Positions 10,381 to 20,147 of a stretch of 64,000 nt of DNA are shown piece after piece. Location: contig CAVYIM010000003.1 in NCBI GenBank assembly GCA_963768655.1, positions 320,001 through 384,000 of the forward strand, written 5' to 3'. The translations under genes and the position numbers were made by a program. The notes under the pieces are model-generated. The model saw nothing but the letters and a program-made list of their open reading frames with translations, was not told the DNA's origin and did no database searches. Origin of the DNA: an uncultured Chloroflexia bacterium (GTDB taxonomy: Bacteria; Chloroflexota; Limnocylindria; Limnocylindrales; CSP1-4). Positions within the stretch are counted from its first letter, which is position 1. Every line of letters starts with the position of its first letter.

Positions 10381-11034
10381 GTGAGCCCCACCCCGACCGT
10401 CTTGACCGCCACGAGCCGGACCGAAACCGGCAAGGCGGTCGCGCGCCTGCGCAAGGCCGGCAAGATCCCAGCCGTCGTCTTCGGTCACGGCCTGGCATCG
10501 ATCTCGGTGAGCCTGGACGCGCACGAGTTCGATCACCTGCGCCGAACCATCCATTCGAACTCGATCATCTCGCTCGAGATCGACGGCAAGGACAAGCGCC
10601 GGGTCATGGTCCACGGCATCCACATCGACCCGCGAACGCGGCACCTCCTGCACGTGGACCTGTTCGCTCTCAAGTCGGGCGAGGAGGTCACGGTCGAAGT
10701 CCCGCTCCACACCGTCGGCGAGGCCTATGCCGCGGCCAAGCTGGGTGGCACGCTGCTGCACATCGTCGACCGGATTCGCGTCCGCGCTCTGCCCGAGAAG
10801 CTGCCCGAGGCGCTCGAGGTTTCGGTCGAGCCCCTGGTCGACTTCGACGCCGCCATCCACCTGCGCGACGTCGCTCTGCCCGAGGGCGTGACCCTGCTGG
10901 CCGATCCCGATGAAGTCGTGGCCAAGGTGATCCCGCAGCGGGCCGTTGAGGAGCCGGTTGTGGCCGAGGTCGCTCCGGAGGCGGCCGAGGTCGCTCCGGA
11001 GGCTGCCGAGGCGCAGCCTTCGAGCGAGAGCTAG
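10381..11034 (+). CDS. rplY: 50S ribosomal protein bL25/Ctc
   Basis: RLRKAGKIPAVVFGHG, LLHVDL, VEVPL, PEKLPEAL, IHLRDVALPEGV; AGGAGG SD before GTG. Confidence 0.93.
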   Translation: MSPTPTVLTATSRTETGKAVARLRKAGKIPAVVFGHGLASISVSLDAHEFDHLRRTIHSNSIISLEIDGKDKRRVMVHGIHIDPRTRHLLHVDLFALKSGEEVTVEVPLHTVGEAYAAAKLGGTLLHIVDRIRVRALPEKLPEALEVSVEPLVDFDAAIHLRDVALPEGVTLLADPDEVVAKVIPQRAVEEPVVAEVAPEAAEVAPEAAEAQPSSES

Positions 11035-11164
11035 AACCGAACGGCCGGCTGGCCGCTGAGGCGACTCGGGCGGCCAGCTTGGCGGCCGCTCAGGCCGGCC
11101 CTCGGATCCGGCCGCCGCCGCGGCGCAGACTGCGGTCCGGGCAGGCGCCCCGTACGATGATGCC

Positions 11165-12598
11165 ATGCCCAGCCTGCGTTCCTCGCGGAAGGACGTGATC
11201 CGCGGCCTGCCGGTCCTCGGGGCCTTCGTCGTGGGGGCGATCGGCTACGCGCCCCTGTACTGCTTCCCGCTGCTCGCGCCCGAGTTCGAGACAACCTTCC
11301 ACGCCTCGCGCGAACTCGGCCAGATGCCCTGGACGATGTTCCTGCTGGTCTCAGCGCTGGCTTCGCCGCTGCTGGGCCGGGCCTTCGACGTGTTCGGGGA
11401 TCGGCTTCTGCTGACCGCTGGCATCCTGTTGATCGCTCTCGGCTGGTTGGTGGCGTCGGCCGCTTCGGACGTGACGTTCCTCGTAGCGGCCTATGGCATC
11501 TTCCTGGCCCTCGGCCTGCAGCTGACCTTCGTCGGAACCACGACGGCGGTCGCGCGGCGGTATGCCGGCGTCGCCGGGCTGGCACTCGGCATCGCGTACG
11601 CGGGCCCGGGGATCGGCGTGGCCGTCATCCTGCCGATCGCGGCCGGGGCGATTCCGGAACTGGGCTGGCGCTCCATGACCCTCGTGTTCGCGGCGACTTC
11701 GCTGCTGGCCGTTCCGTTCGTGTGGCTCATGACGAGCGGAGCGGCGGTCCTCGTGCCGGCCCGGAGCGCGCGCCATCCGGCCGACGGAGCTGCGGCCGCC
11801 GGGGCCGGCGGCACACCCGCCGCCGGGGCCATGGCGGCGGGTGTGCCGGCCGTGGCAGAGGCGACGCCCTCGCCAAGGAGCGGCGAGGCGGGCCGGGGAT
11901 TGCGTGAGGCCTCGGCGCCGGGGGCGATCGCCGCATCGCACGAGCCGCTCCCGCCCGGCAGCCGCTCGCGACCGGACGCGCTGCGGCGCACGGTGCGGAC
12001 GCGCCAATTCCTGATCCTGCTCATCGGGGCGGTCGGGATCGGTTGCATCGACGAAGGGATCTACCAGCTGTCGCCGCGCCACGTGGAAGCTCAGGGGATC
12101 ACCGCCGACTACGCGGCGGTCCTGCTGGCCGTGTCGTGCTATGCGTACGTGGTGGGCCAGGTCGTGGGTGGCGGGCTATCCGATCGGTTCGGCCGGCGCT
12201 TCATCGGGTTGATCTGCGCGGCGATGATCGCCGGCGGGGCGACGGCAATCTTCGCCTCGACGGGCTCCACGCCGGCGCTTGCCGCGGTCGGATACGTGTT
12301 CTACGGCTTCGGCATCGGAGCGACGATCGCCATCCGTTCGGCGGCGTTCTCCGACGTCTTCGGCGGTCGCAACTTCGGGGCGATCTTCGGCATCATCGCC
12401 ATGGCCTACCCGGTCGGCGGGATCATCGTCATGAACGTCGGCAGCGTCTTCTACGATCGCATCGGCAACTACTGGCCGGTGTACGGCGTGGTCATGGCCT
12501 CGCTCCTGGCCTGGACGGTGGCGCTGATCATCGCCGGTCCGCGCCGCCACGGCCTGCGAGCGCGCCTGCGGAGCGCCCGAGCGCGCCTGCCGGTGTAG
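11165..12598 (+). CDS. MFS transporter
   Basis: About 12 hydrophobic segments; motif A GGLSDRFGRR; FSDVFGGRNFGAIFG. Confidence 0.85.
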   Translation: MPSLRSSRKDVIRGLPVLGAFVVGAIGYAPLYCFPLLAPEFETTFHASRELGQMPWTMFLLVSALASPLLGRAFDVFGDRLLLTAGILLIALGWLVASAASDVTFLVAAYGIFLALGLQLTFVGTTTAVARRYAGVAGLALGIAYAGPGIGVAVILPIAAGAIPELGWRSMTLVFAATSLLAVPFVWLMTSGAAVLVPARSARHPADGAAAAGAGGTPAAGAMAAGVPAVAEATPSPRSGEAGRGLREASAPGAIAASHEPLPPGSRSRPDALRRTVRTRQFLILLIGAVGIGCIDEGIYQLSPRHVEAQGITADYAAVLLAVSCYAYVVGQVVGGGLSDRFGRRFIGLICAAMIAGGATAIFASTGSTPALAAVGYVFYGFGIGATIAIRSAAFSDVFGGRNFGAIFGIIAMAYPVGGIIVMNVGSVFYDRIGNYWPVYGVVMASLLAWTVALIIAGPRRHGLRARLRSARARLPV

Positions 12599-12698
12599 CG
12601 GCGCAGCGAGCCCGAATTCGGGAGCGGCGGCTCCGCCCGGGCCTCCGGAATGCCGGAGCCCTCCGGCAGTCTCGGGCGCCGGTCCGGCGCCACGCCCC

Positions 12699-13850
12699 CT
12701 ACGCCACCTCCCGCCGGATCGTGCCTGCGGCGAGGACCACGAAGAAGGCCGCGATCCCGACGAGCACGCCCAGGTCCAGCAGCACCTGCGGAGAGCTCAG
12801 GTCCGCGCCGGCGATCATCACCTGGCGCAGTCCGTCGATGGCGTATGTGACCGGCAGGATTCGGGCGACGGGCTGGAGCAGCGACGGCAGCTGGTCGATC
12901 GGCCAGAAGAATCCGCCGAGCAGGCCCTGCGGCACGATGACGATCGGGATGAACTGCAGGATCTGCAACTCTGTCCGGGCGAAGGTCGAGAGGAAGATGC
13001 CCAGCGAGACCGCGCCGAGCCCCAGGACCAGCACGAGCAGGTAGGCGATCAACGGGTTGCCGGCGGTCCGGACGCCCAGGCCGATCGCGAAGGCCGGCAC
13101 CGGTCCGAGCGCCGGGATCTCGAGGCGGCCCAGGACGAAGGCGAGCACGATCGCAACCTGCAGAGTCGCGAAGAAGCCGAAGCCCAGGCTGTACCCGAGG
13201 ACGATCTCCGCCCGGCTGACCGGCGTCGCCAGCAGGCGTTCGAGCGTCCCGCCGATCCGCTCGCGCAGGAAGCTGATGCCGGTGAGGATGAAGACGAAGA
13301 AGTAGGCGAAGAAACCGACCACGACCGGCGCCAGCGAATCGAGTGTGGTCGCATCGGGCGAGCCGTAGACGGTCTGATGCTCGATCGTCGGTAGAACTGT
13401 GCCCGCGCTTTCGACCAGGGCGCCCACCAGGGCCGTCTGGACCGCCGGTATGACCGTAGCCTCGCCGGATGGGTTCAGACCCAGCGTGAGGAGCTCGATC
13501 GTGCGGTTCTGGAGGCTGAAGTCGGACGGCAGGACGACGACCAGGTCGAGGCTGTTGTCCTTCAGCAACTGCCGGGCCGTGGCATCGTCGGAGACCGATC
13601 GGTCGAGCGCAATGCCGGGCTGTCCCTCGAGAGCCGCGGACAGCCTGACGGCGACGGCACTCCCGGCCGGGTTGCCCAATTCGTCGACGACGGCGACGCG
13701 GGCCGTGGTCGTCTGGGCGCTGCTCAGGACCCAGCCGAGAAGGGCGATGATCGCGAGAGGGGCGAGGTACAGCAGCGCCAGCGAACGGGGATCGCGCCGG
13801 AACTGGGCCACGATGCGGCGAAAGACGGCGGCGACGCGAAGCGGGTTCAT
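12699..13850 (-). CDS. ABC-2 type permease
   Basis: RRDPRSLAL, FLRERIGGTLERLLATPVSR, PVTYAIDGLR. Confidence 0.9.
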   Translation of the reverse strand: MNPLRVAAVFRRIVAQFRRDPRSLALLYLAPLAIIALLGWVLSSAQTTTARVAVVDELGNPAGSAVAVRLSAALEGQPGIALDRSVSDDATARQLLKDNSLDLVVVLPSDFSLQNRTIELLTLGLNPSGEATVIPAVQTALVGALVESAGTVLPTIEHQTVYGSPDATTLDSLAPVVVGFFAYFFVFILTGISFLRERIGGTLERLLATPVSRAEIVLGYSLGFGFFATLQVAIVLAFVLGRLEIPALGPVPAFAIGLGVRTAGNPLIAYLLVLVLGLGAVSLGIFLSTFARTELQILQFIPIVIVPQGLLGGFFWPIDQLPSLLQPVARILPVTYAIDGLRQVMIAGADLSSPQVLLDLGVLVGIAAFFVVLAAGTIRREVA

Positions 13851-14629
13851 CGATCGGTCTCCTTCGGGCTCGTCGGCGTGGCGGCGCCGACCGTGGCGGC
13901 CGTCTCGCCGGCAAAGTGCAGGAAGGCTGTTTCGAGGTTGTCCGTCCCGGCCCGCTTTCGCAGCTCGGCCGGCGTCCCCTGCGCCAGGACGCGCCCGTCG
14001 CGGATGAAGAGCAGCTCGTCGCAGCGATCGGCCTCGTCCATGACGTGGCTCGACACAACCAGCGTGGCTCCGTCCGCGGCCAATCGATGGAAGTGGTCCC
14101 AGAACTGGACTCGCAAGGCCGGGTCCACTCCGACCGTCGGTTCGTCGAGGAAGATGACAGCCGGGTGATGGGCCAGCGCGCACGCCATCGAGAGGCGGCG
14201 CCGCATCCCGCCGGAGAGGTCCTGGGCAGGCGTGCCGGTCCGCGATTCCAGCTCCACCAGTTCCAGCGAGTGCATCAACGCGGCCCTGTCGGTCTGGCCG
14301 TACAGCGCCGCGAAGAACGACAGGTTCTCCCAGACGGACAGCTCGGGATAGATGCCGTCCGACTGGGTCATGTACCCGATGCGCGCCAGGTTGGGCCGCG
14401 ACGGCATCTCCACTCCCAGGACCCGAGCCCTGCCGCTCGTCGCCGACGCGAGGCCAGCCAGCAGCCTGATGAGCGTCGTCTTGCCGGATCCGTTCGGGCC
14501 GAGAAGGCCGTAGATCCGGCCGGGCGCAAGCGCCATGTCGATCCCGTCCACGGCGTGTATCGGCCCGAAGTCCTTGTGCAGGGCGACCGCCTCGACCGCC
14601 GGCGCCGGCGGAGTTGGAGTGGCTGTCAT
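13847..14629 (-). CDS. ABC transporter ATP-binding protein
   Basis: GPNGSGKTT, LSGGMRRR, IFLDEPTVG, SSHVMDE. Confidence 0.93.
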   Translation of the reverse strand: MTATPTPPAPAVEAVALHKDFGPIHAVDGIDMALAPGRIYGLLGPNGSGKTTLIRLLAGLASATSGRARVLGVEMPSRPNLARIGYMTQSDGIYPELSVWENLSFFAALYGQTDRAALMHSLELVELESRTGTPAQDLSGGMRRRLSMACALAHHPAVIFLDEPTVGVDPALRVQFWDHFHRLAADGATLVVSSHVMDEADRCDELLFIRDGRVLAQGTPAELRKRAGTDNLETAFLHFAGETAATVGAATPTSPKETDR

Positions 14630-15465
14630 CGAGCGACCTCCTCTGTTGCGTCGGGCTGCGCGGCGCCGTGCAGGAGCAGGTCCACGTAGGCCTCGACGTT
14701 GTCGATAGCGGGATGGATGCCGATCCGGGCCAGCTCGTCGAAGACGGTGGGACCCAGCACGATCAGCAAGAAGACCGGCCCGAAGAGGCCCTGGATCAGC
14801 AGGGCCGGATCGATCGGGCGGAGGTTGCCTTCGCTCGTCTGAAGCGCGAACCAGGCGACCATGAGTGGCGCGCCCTGGCCGACGATCTCCGACATGACGA
14901 CCCGGGCGAGCTCGGGGTCCTGGGCTGAGTTCGCGGCGAGATTCCGGACCAGGTCGGCTCGGGCGCGCATGGCCGAGTAGTAGGCCCGGGCAATGGCGAT
15001 CAGGCCCTCCCTGGCGCCGAGTCTGATCGAGGGCTCGATCTGGGCTCGCATCTCCTCGACCGGGCTGACGCGGCGGGCGACGGCTCGGAGCAGCTCGGTC
15101 CGATCGGCGAAGTGGTGGTAGTAGGCGCCTTTCGTCAGCCCGGCTTCCGCCGCCACTGCCTCGATCGAGACGATGCCTGACCCCGGCCGGGACAGCAGCC
15201 GTTGCGCCGCATCGATCAGGCGATCGCGCGTCGGCTCGTCGGCGGCGGTCGAGACGTCCATCCCCTCGGCGGCGAGGGCCGCCCGAAGTCCCCGAAGGCC
15301 GCCGAAGTAGTGGTGGACGGTCTGGCGCGACACCCCCGCCTCGGCCGCCACCGCCTGAATGGAGAGCCCGGGCGGGCTCGCCTGGATCTGGCGACGAGCG
15401 GCGCTCAGAATTGCCTGGCGCGTGGTTTGCGTGGATGGCGTGGACTGCGTGGACTGGTCAGACAT
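14626..15465 (-). CDS. TetR-family regulator with two tandem HTH domains
   Basis: SIQAVAAEAGVSRQTVHHYFG and SIEAVAAEAGLTKGAYYHHFAD. Confidence 0.85.
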   Translation of the reverse strand: MSDQSTQSTPSTQTTRQAILSAARRQIQASPPGLSIQAVAAEAGVSRQTVHHYFGGLRGLRAALAAEGMDVSTAADEPTRDRLIDAAQRLLSRPGSGIVSIEAVAAEAGLTKGAYYHHFADRTELLRAVARRVSPVEEMRAQIEPSIRLGAREGLIAIARAYYSAMRARADLVRNLAANSAQDPELARVVMSEIVGQGAPLMVAWFALQTSEGNLRPIDPALLIQGLFGPVFLLIVLGPTVFDELARIGIHPAIDNVEAYVDLLLHGAAQPDATEEVAR

Positions 15466-15484
15466 GCGTACCAGTATGCATGTC
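15461..15484. promoter_or_regulatory. Candidate TetR operator palindrome overlapping the tetR -10 box and start codon
   Basis: gacatgcgta-ccag-tatgcatgtc, a 9/10 inverted repeat. Confidence 0.55.
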
Positions 15485-15506
15485 GTGTCAATGGGCCGCG
15501 GATACG

Positions 15507-16295
15507 CTACGGAGCGCTCACGGCCGTCGGAACGGGCCTTCGAACCAGTCGCAGCGAGACCGACTGCACGGCCACCGTCGCCAGGATTCCTGCGCCGAAG
15601 GCAAACCCGATGCCCAGGCTCTCGATAGTGGTCGTGACGACGAGGAAGAAGACGATCGTGCCGAAGAGGCCGAACTGGAGGCCGCGCGTGACTCCCATTG
15701 CCGTCTCGGGCCCCTGCAGACGGTGGGCGAAGACGGCCAGCACAGTCACGTAGATCGGGAAGGCGGCGAGGATTCCGCTCAGGTGCGGGCCCAGGACCGA
15801 CGACGCCTCGGTGATGGCGAGCACGATCGAAGTGCCGACGACCATTCGAGCGGGAATGTCCCAGCGCGGCAGCGGCGTCGTGCCGCCCGTGGCGGTGACG
15901 GAAGGCGCGAGTCGAAGACACACGGCCATTGCGACGGCCACGATCGCGAACAGGACCACGGCCGGACCGCCGACGAGCGGTTGCACGGCCAGCACCGCGA
16001 TCGCGAAGCCGCCGAAGCCGCCGAGCATCGAGACGGGCCACCCGAACCGGCGCGCCAGCCAGGCGTATCCCAGGGCGAAGGCGGCATCCCCGAGCAGGCC
16101 GCCGATCGAGCCTTCGGCCGTGCCCGCGGCGAAAGCCGTCCCTCGATCGAGCGCGATGTAGAGCGCCACCGGCCCCGAGGTCAGCGGCAGCGCGACCAGC
16201 CAACCGCCGATCGATGGGCCCCAGCGACGAGCGGCGAGGCTCGCGGCGCCGATCAGGATCGGCGTCAGGGAGAGCTTGAGCAGAAGCAGCGCCAC
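15507..16295 (-). CDS. Uncharacterised multi-pass membrane protein (paralog of 17677..18492)
   Basis: About 9-10 TMs; RRWGPSIGGWLVALPLTSGP and LGPHLSGILAAFP internal repeat. Confidence 0.75.
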   Translation of the reverse strand: MALLLLKLSLTPILIGAASLAARRWGPSIGGWLVALPLTSGPVALYIALDRGTAFAAGTAEGSIGGLLGDAAFALGYAWLARRFGWPVSMLGGFGGFAIAVLAVQPLVGGPAVVLFAIVAVAMAVCLRLAPSVTATGGTTPLPRWDIPARMVVGTSIVLAITEASSVLGPHLSGILAAFPIYVTVLAVFAHRLQGPETAMGVTRGLQFGLFGTIVFFLVVTTTIESLGIGFAFGAGILATVAVQSVSLRLVRRPVPTAVSAP

Positions 16296-16298
16296 GGG

Positions 16299-16799
16299 TC
16301 AGGGCTCGGTGGCGGGCTCGCCCGCCGCGAGACGCCGAATCTCATTGGCGAGGGTCGCAGCGAAAGTGGCGAGGCCCGCGGCCACCGGCGCCGAGAGCCC
16401 CTCCCCGAAACCGAATTCCGCGCCGCCGATGCCCACGAAGACGCCCCGTGGCAGCGACCCGCGCAGCTCCGCGGCGATAGCCAGAACCTGGTCCGGGGCG
16501 ATCGAATGTGACGATGCAGGGGCGGCGCCGGCGCCCGACGATCGAGCTACTCTCTCGAGGGCCAGCGTGACGACCGCGCCCGGCGCCACGCCCGCCGCGG
16601 CATCCGCGACGATCACCGCCACTCCGTCGGGGACGTCGAGGACGGCCTCCACGGAGAGCTGCCCGACCTCGACGACCTCGACCAGCGCCAGCACATCGTC
16701 GGGCAGCATCGTGATGGCCACGAGCGCGGCCGCGTCGTCGCCACGAATTCGCTCGCCGCACGCCAGCAGGCGCGTCCGAAGCCCCGCTCGATCGCTCAT
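16299..16799 (-). CDS. Hydrogenase maturation endopeptidase
   Basis: LLACGERIRGDDA (cf. GxGNxLxGDDG), VIVADAA, SSHS, FGFGEGLSAPV. Confidence 0.85.
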   Translation of the reverse strand: MSDRAGLRTRLLACGERIRGDDAAALVAITMLPDDVLALVEVVEVGQLSVEAVLDVPDGVAVIVADAAAGVAPGAVVTLALERVARSSGAGAAPASSHSIAPDQVLAIAAELRGSLPRGVFVGIGGAEFGFGEGLSAPVAAGLATFAATLANEIRRLAAGEPATEP

Positions 16800-16945
16800 T
16801 CCGGCAGTCTAGCGGTCGATCGGGGCGGTTCGTCTCGTCACCGGTACCGCACAATCGTGACCCCTGGGAGCGGGCGAGGGAGTAGAGTCTTGGGTAACTT
16901 TCGGACAGAAGCGGGCTGGAGGCCGAGTCACCCAGTGGGGCACGA

Positions 16946-17629
16946 ATGAAGCGGGACGCTTCCTACCGATCGTTCCTCAGCGCCTACCCACCGACACCCG
17001 GTGATTCGCGTCCCGTGGACGGCGTGTCGCTGGCCGAAGCGATCGAGGAGCGGTTCGGAATCGCCGTGCCCGGAGCGCTGCAGCTGTTCTGGCTGCGCGT
17101 CGGCGCCGGCGTCTTCGGCGGCGGTGAGATCTACATCTTCGGCGACGCCGGCTCCGCACTGCCCGGTCCCGAAGTCCTCGAATGGAACGCCGCGCCTTGG
17201 TGGCGGTCCGTCTACCCGACTCCGAAGGAGGGCGGCCCGTTCTTCTTCGGGCAGACTGCATTCGGCGACCAGCTTGGATTCCGATGGCAGGGCAGCATCG
17301 CCCTGCCCGAGCTCTTCATGCCGGACACGATGGAAGTGTTCCTGCTGGGCAAGGATCTCGACGAGCTGCTGGGCGAGCTGCTCGTCGCTCCCGGAGCGCT
17401 GTGCAATTCCGAGCGGCTCGCCCGAGCGGCCAAACAGTGCGGCCCGCTGCCGCCCGGTCAGCACTACGCCCCTGACGTTTCGCCGCTGCACGGCGGCACC
17501 GACGAGTCGTTCCACGTCATCCCGGCCGAGGCTCACCTGACGGCCGCGATTTCAGGCTGGGAGGCGATGCAGGCACGCAGTCGCTCTGCCGGCTCCGTCG
17601 GCGTGAGGTTCAGCGCGAACCGCGTCTGA
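16946..17629 (+). CDS. Toxin-immunity-like protein (SMI1/KNR4/GAD-like N-terminus, DUF1851/Tdi1-like C-terminus)
   Basis: IEERFGIAVPGALQLFW, FFFGQTAFGDQL, GPLPPGQHYAPDVSPLHGG. Confidence 0.6.
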   Translation: MKRDASYRSFLSAYPPTPGDSRPVDGVSLAEAIEERFGIAVPGALQLFWLRVGAGVFGGGEIYIFGDAGSALPGPEVLEWNAAPWWRSVYPTPKEGGPFFFGQTAFGDQLGFRWQGSIALPELFMPDTMEVFLLGKDLDELLGELLVAPGALCNSERLARAAKQCGPLPPGQHYAPDVSPLHGGTDESFHVIPAEAHLTAAISGWEAMQARSRSAGSVGVRFSANRV

Positions 17630-17676
17630 GCTCTGCCCCTCACCCGGCGATCGCCGCGTGACGGGTGGCTCCGGAT

Positions 17677-18492
17677 CTACTCCGCGGCCTCCGGGAGGGC
17701 CAGCTCCGCAGTCGTCTCAGCCTCGGGTCGGCGCGCCCCGAGAGCGGCCCGCAGCTCGACGAACTGGACGGCCACGACGGCCGTCGCGGCCAAGGCGAAG
17801 GCCCGAACCACGCCCAGCGGCACGAGCGTAGCGGCGAGGACAGCCAGGAACGAGGCGAAGCCGAGCAGGCCGTGCGTCATCCCGCGCATGACGCCGACGG
17901 TCCGATCGGGGCCCTCCTGGGCGTGGGTGAAGAGCGCCATCACCGCGGCCACCGTGGGGATTGTGGTCATCATGCCGCTGATCGTGGCCCCGAAGTATGG
18001 CCCGGCCGTCGTGACGAAGACGACCATGGCCGCCCCGGCGATCATCCGCGTCGGCAGTTCGGACGCGGAAGTGGCTCGACGCGGCATCGGCGGCGCGTCG
18101 GGCAGAAGGCGGCGCGATACGAGCAGGATGGCGATCGTGGCCACGAAGGCCGGCCCGAGACCCCAGGTCGAGATGGGCAGCATCACCGCCCACGTCACGG
18201 CGAACGCTCCGTACGCGGCCGCTCCGGCCAGCGGCCAGCTCAGGCGGCGACAGACCAGGGCGTAGACCAGGCAGAAGACGCCGCAGCCGCCGGCTCCACC
18301 GAGAGATGCGGCCGCCGACGTGGCGGCGAAGGACGTGTTCTGCTCGAGAGCCAGGAAGAGCAGGATCGGGCCGCCCTTCGCCGGCACCGCACCGAGGATG
18401 CCGCCGACGGCCGGCCCGTAACGGTGGCTGGCCAGCGTGACGATGCCGATCATCAGCACCGGCAGGCCGATCTTGAAGAAGAGGTCGATCAT
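17677..18492 (-). CDS. Uncharacterised multi-pass membrane protein (paralog of 15507..16295)
   Basis: HRYGPAVGGILGAVPAKGGP, ELPTRMIAG, HAQEGPDRTVGVMRG, aligning with the paralog. Confidence 0.75.
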   Translation of the reverse strand: MIDLFFKIGLPVLMIGIVTLASHRYGPAVGGILGAVPAKGGPILLFLALEQNTSFAATSAAASLGGAGGCGVFCLVYALVCRRLSWPLAGAAAYGAFAVTWAVMLPISTWGLGPAFVATIAILLVSRRLLPDAPPMPRRATSASELPTRMIAGAAMVVFVTTAGPYFGATISGMMTTIPTVAAVMALFTHAQEGPDRTVGVMRGMTHGLLGFASFLAVLAATLVPLGVVRAFALAATAVVAVQFVELRAALGARRPEAETTAELALPEAAE

Positions 18493-18636
18493 CTCGCCCT
18501 CCAGGGTAGCGGGTTGTCGCCGGGCCGCCGAGCGCAGGCCAGGGCGGCGTGGGGCCCCGGAGTGAGCGGACTCGAACGTGCGTGAGCGAGGAGAACAGGC
18601 GCCGACGAAGGGATGTGCGGGCCGACGGCGATCTGG

Positions 18637-19950
18637 TCAGTCGCGCTCGATCTCGAGCCTCAGGAAGTGCGTAGCGCAGCTTATGCAGGGGTCGTAGGCC
18701 CGTATCAGCTGCTCGAGCCGCACGGTGGCCTCGGCGTGGGTCAGGGACAGGACCTGCGGTGCGAACGCCGCCAGATCCTGCTCGATCATGCCCTGGTTCT
18801 GGCCCGTTGGGGCGATGATCTGGGCCGCCAGAACGCGCCCGTTGTCGTCGACGTCGTAGTGGTGCCAGCAGATGCCCCGCGGCGCCTCCGAGCCCCAGCC
18901 CGTCTCGCCGGCCCGGGGCGTCCACGGAACAGATGGCCGGGCCGGCTCCTCGTACGACTTGACGATGTCGAGCGCCGAAGCGGAGGCGTGGATCAGTTCC
19001 ACCGCGCGAGCGGCGATGCTCCAGTACGGGTTGCGGGCGATCTGCCTGGCCAGGCCGCTGGCATCCAGTGCCTCGCGGGCGATCGGGTGGAGCTGGTCGG
19101 CGTTGAGGGTCACGCGCGCTGCCGGCCCGAGCATGTACGTTCGGCCGTCCTCGGTCCGGGCGTGCAGAGCGTTGGTGCCCTCGTGCTGCTCTTCGCGGAA
19201 GGCTTCGCGCCAGCCCCAGATCGGCACGTCGATTCCATCGGAGGAGACGATGCGGCCGTCGTTGAGGCCGTACTCGATCGGGTGCTTGATGGCGACGTAG
19301 AGGGGGTCCCGCTCGAATGCCGGCGCCTTGAACGCGGCGACGATCTTGAGCGTCGCCTTCGAGAGGTCAAGGGCTTCCTTGAGGGGCTCGCGTAGCGCCT
19401 CGATCTCCGCCTTGCTCGGGGTCCTGGACAGGCCGCCGACGCGCATCGCCACGGGGTGGATCGCCCGGCCGCCGATCAGCTTCATGATCTCGTTGCCGGT
19501 CCGCTTGAGCCGGAGCGCCTGCTCGACGATGTGCTTGTGATCGCGGGCCATGGCGATCGCGCTCTCGTAGCCCAGGAAGTCCGGGGCGTGGAGCATGTAG
19601 ACGTGGAGGGCATGGCTCTCGATCCACTCGCCCCAGTAGAAGAGCCGGCGGAGCGCCTTCACCTGGGGGTCGACTTCGACCTCGAACAGGTGCTCGAAGG
19701 CCATCGAGGCACCCATCTGGTAGGCGACCGGGCAGATGCCGCAGATTCGGGCGACGATGTCGACGGTCTCGTTGGGAGTCCGCCCGACGACCAGCTTCTC
19801 GAAGTACCGGGGCGCCTCGAAGATCGAAAGGCGCGCTTCGCGCACCTCACCGTCGGTGATGCGGAGCTTGAGCGTCCCCTCGCCTTCGACCCGCGCGATC
19901 CCTACGACTTCGAAGTTGTGCTCGTTGGTCGCGGTGTCGGCTTTGGCCAT
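18637..19950 (-). CDS. [NiFe]-hydrogenase large subunit, group 3 (3b sulfhydrogenase alpha-like)
   Basis: ARVEGEG, L1 RICGICP, ESHALHVYMLHAPD, EAPRG, L2 DPCISCATH plus C-terminal extension. Confidence 0.92.
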   Translation of the reverse strand: MAKADTATNEHNFEVVGIARVEGEGTLKLRITDGEVREARLSIFEAPRYFEKLVVGRTPNETVDIVARICGICPVAYQMGASMAFEHLFEVEVDPQVKALRRLFYWGEWIESHALHVYMLHAPDFLGYESAIAMARDHKHIVEQALRLKRTGNEIMKLIGGRAIHPVAMRVGGLSRTPSKAEIEALREPLKEALDLSKATLKIVAAFKAPAFERDPLYVAIKHPIEYGLNDGRIVSSDGIDVPIWGWREAFREEQHEGTNALHARTEDGRTYMLGPAARVTLNADQLHPIAREALDASGLARQIARNPYWSIAARAVELIHASASALDIVKSYEEPARPSVPWTPRAGETGWGSEAPRGICWHHYDVDDNGRVLAAQIIAPTGQNQGMIEQDLAAFAPQVLSLTHAEATVRLEQLIRAYDPCISCATHFLRLEIERD

Positions 19951-20147
19951 TCTGGTCCACCTGGCTGCTGCTTCCCCATCTAGACTGGGGCCATCCGAGG
20001 TTGCCCCATCGTCCACCGGGCGGCATAGGGCCGTTTGTCGTCCCGCAGCGGGCCCACACGTTCCCGGAAGCGGGGGCCGCCGGCGCGCGGTCATCATGGC
20101 CGGCCACTCCAGACCTCTGTGGGCGGTTTCCTGCAGATACGGCTACC

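Noticed and set aside
9194-11166. Long N-terminal extensions of ORFs 8495..10498 and 9268..11166
   Set aside because: These are stop-poor GC-rich frames overlapping real genes (C39 peptidase, rplY); the true starts are internal.
18665-18695. Possible selenocysteine ([NiFeSe]) hydrogenase
   Set aside because: The L2 motif is encoded GAC CCC TGC ATA AGC TGC, with Cys codons and no in-frame TGA.
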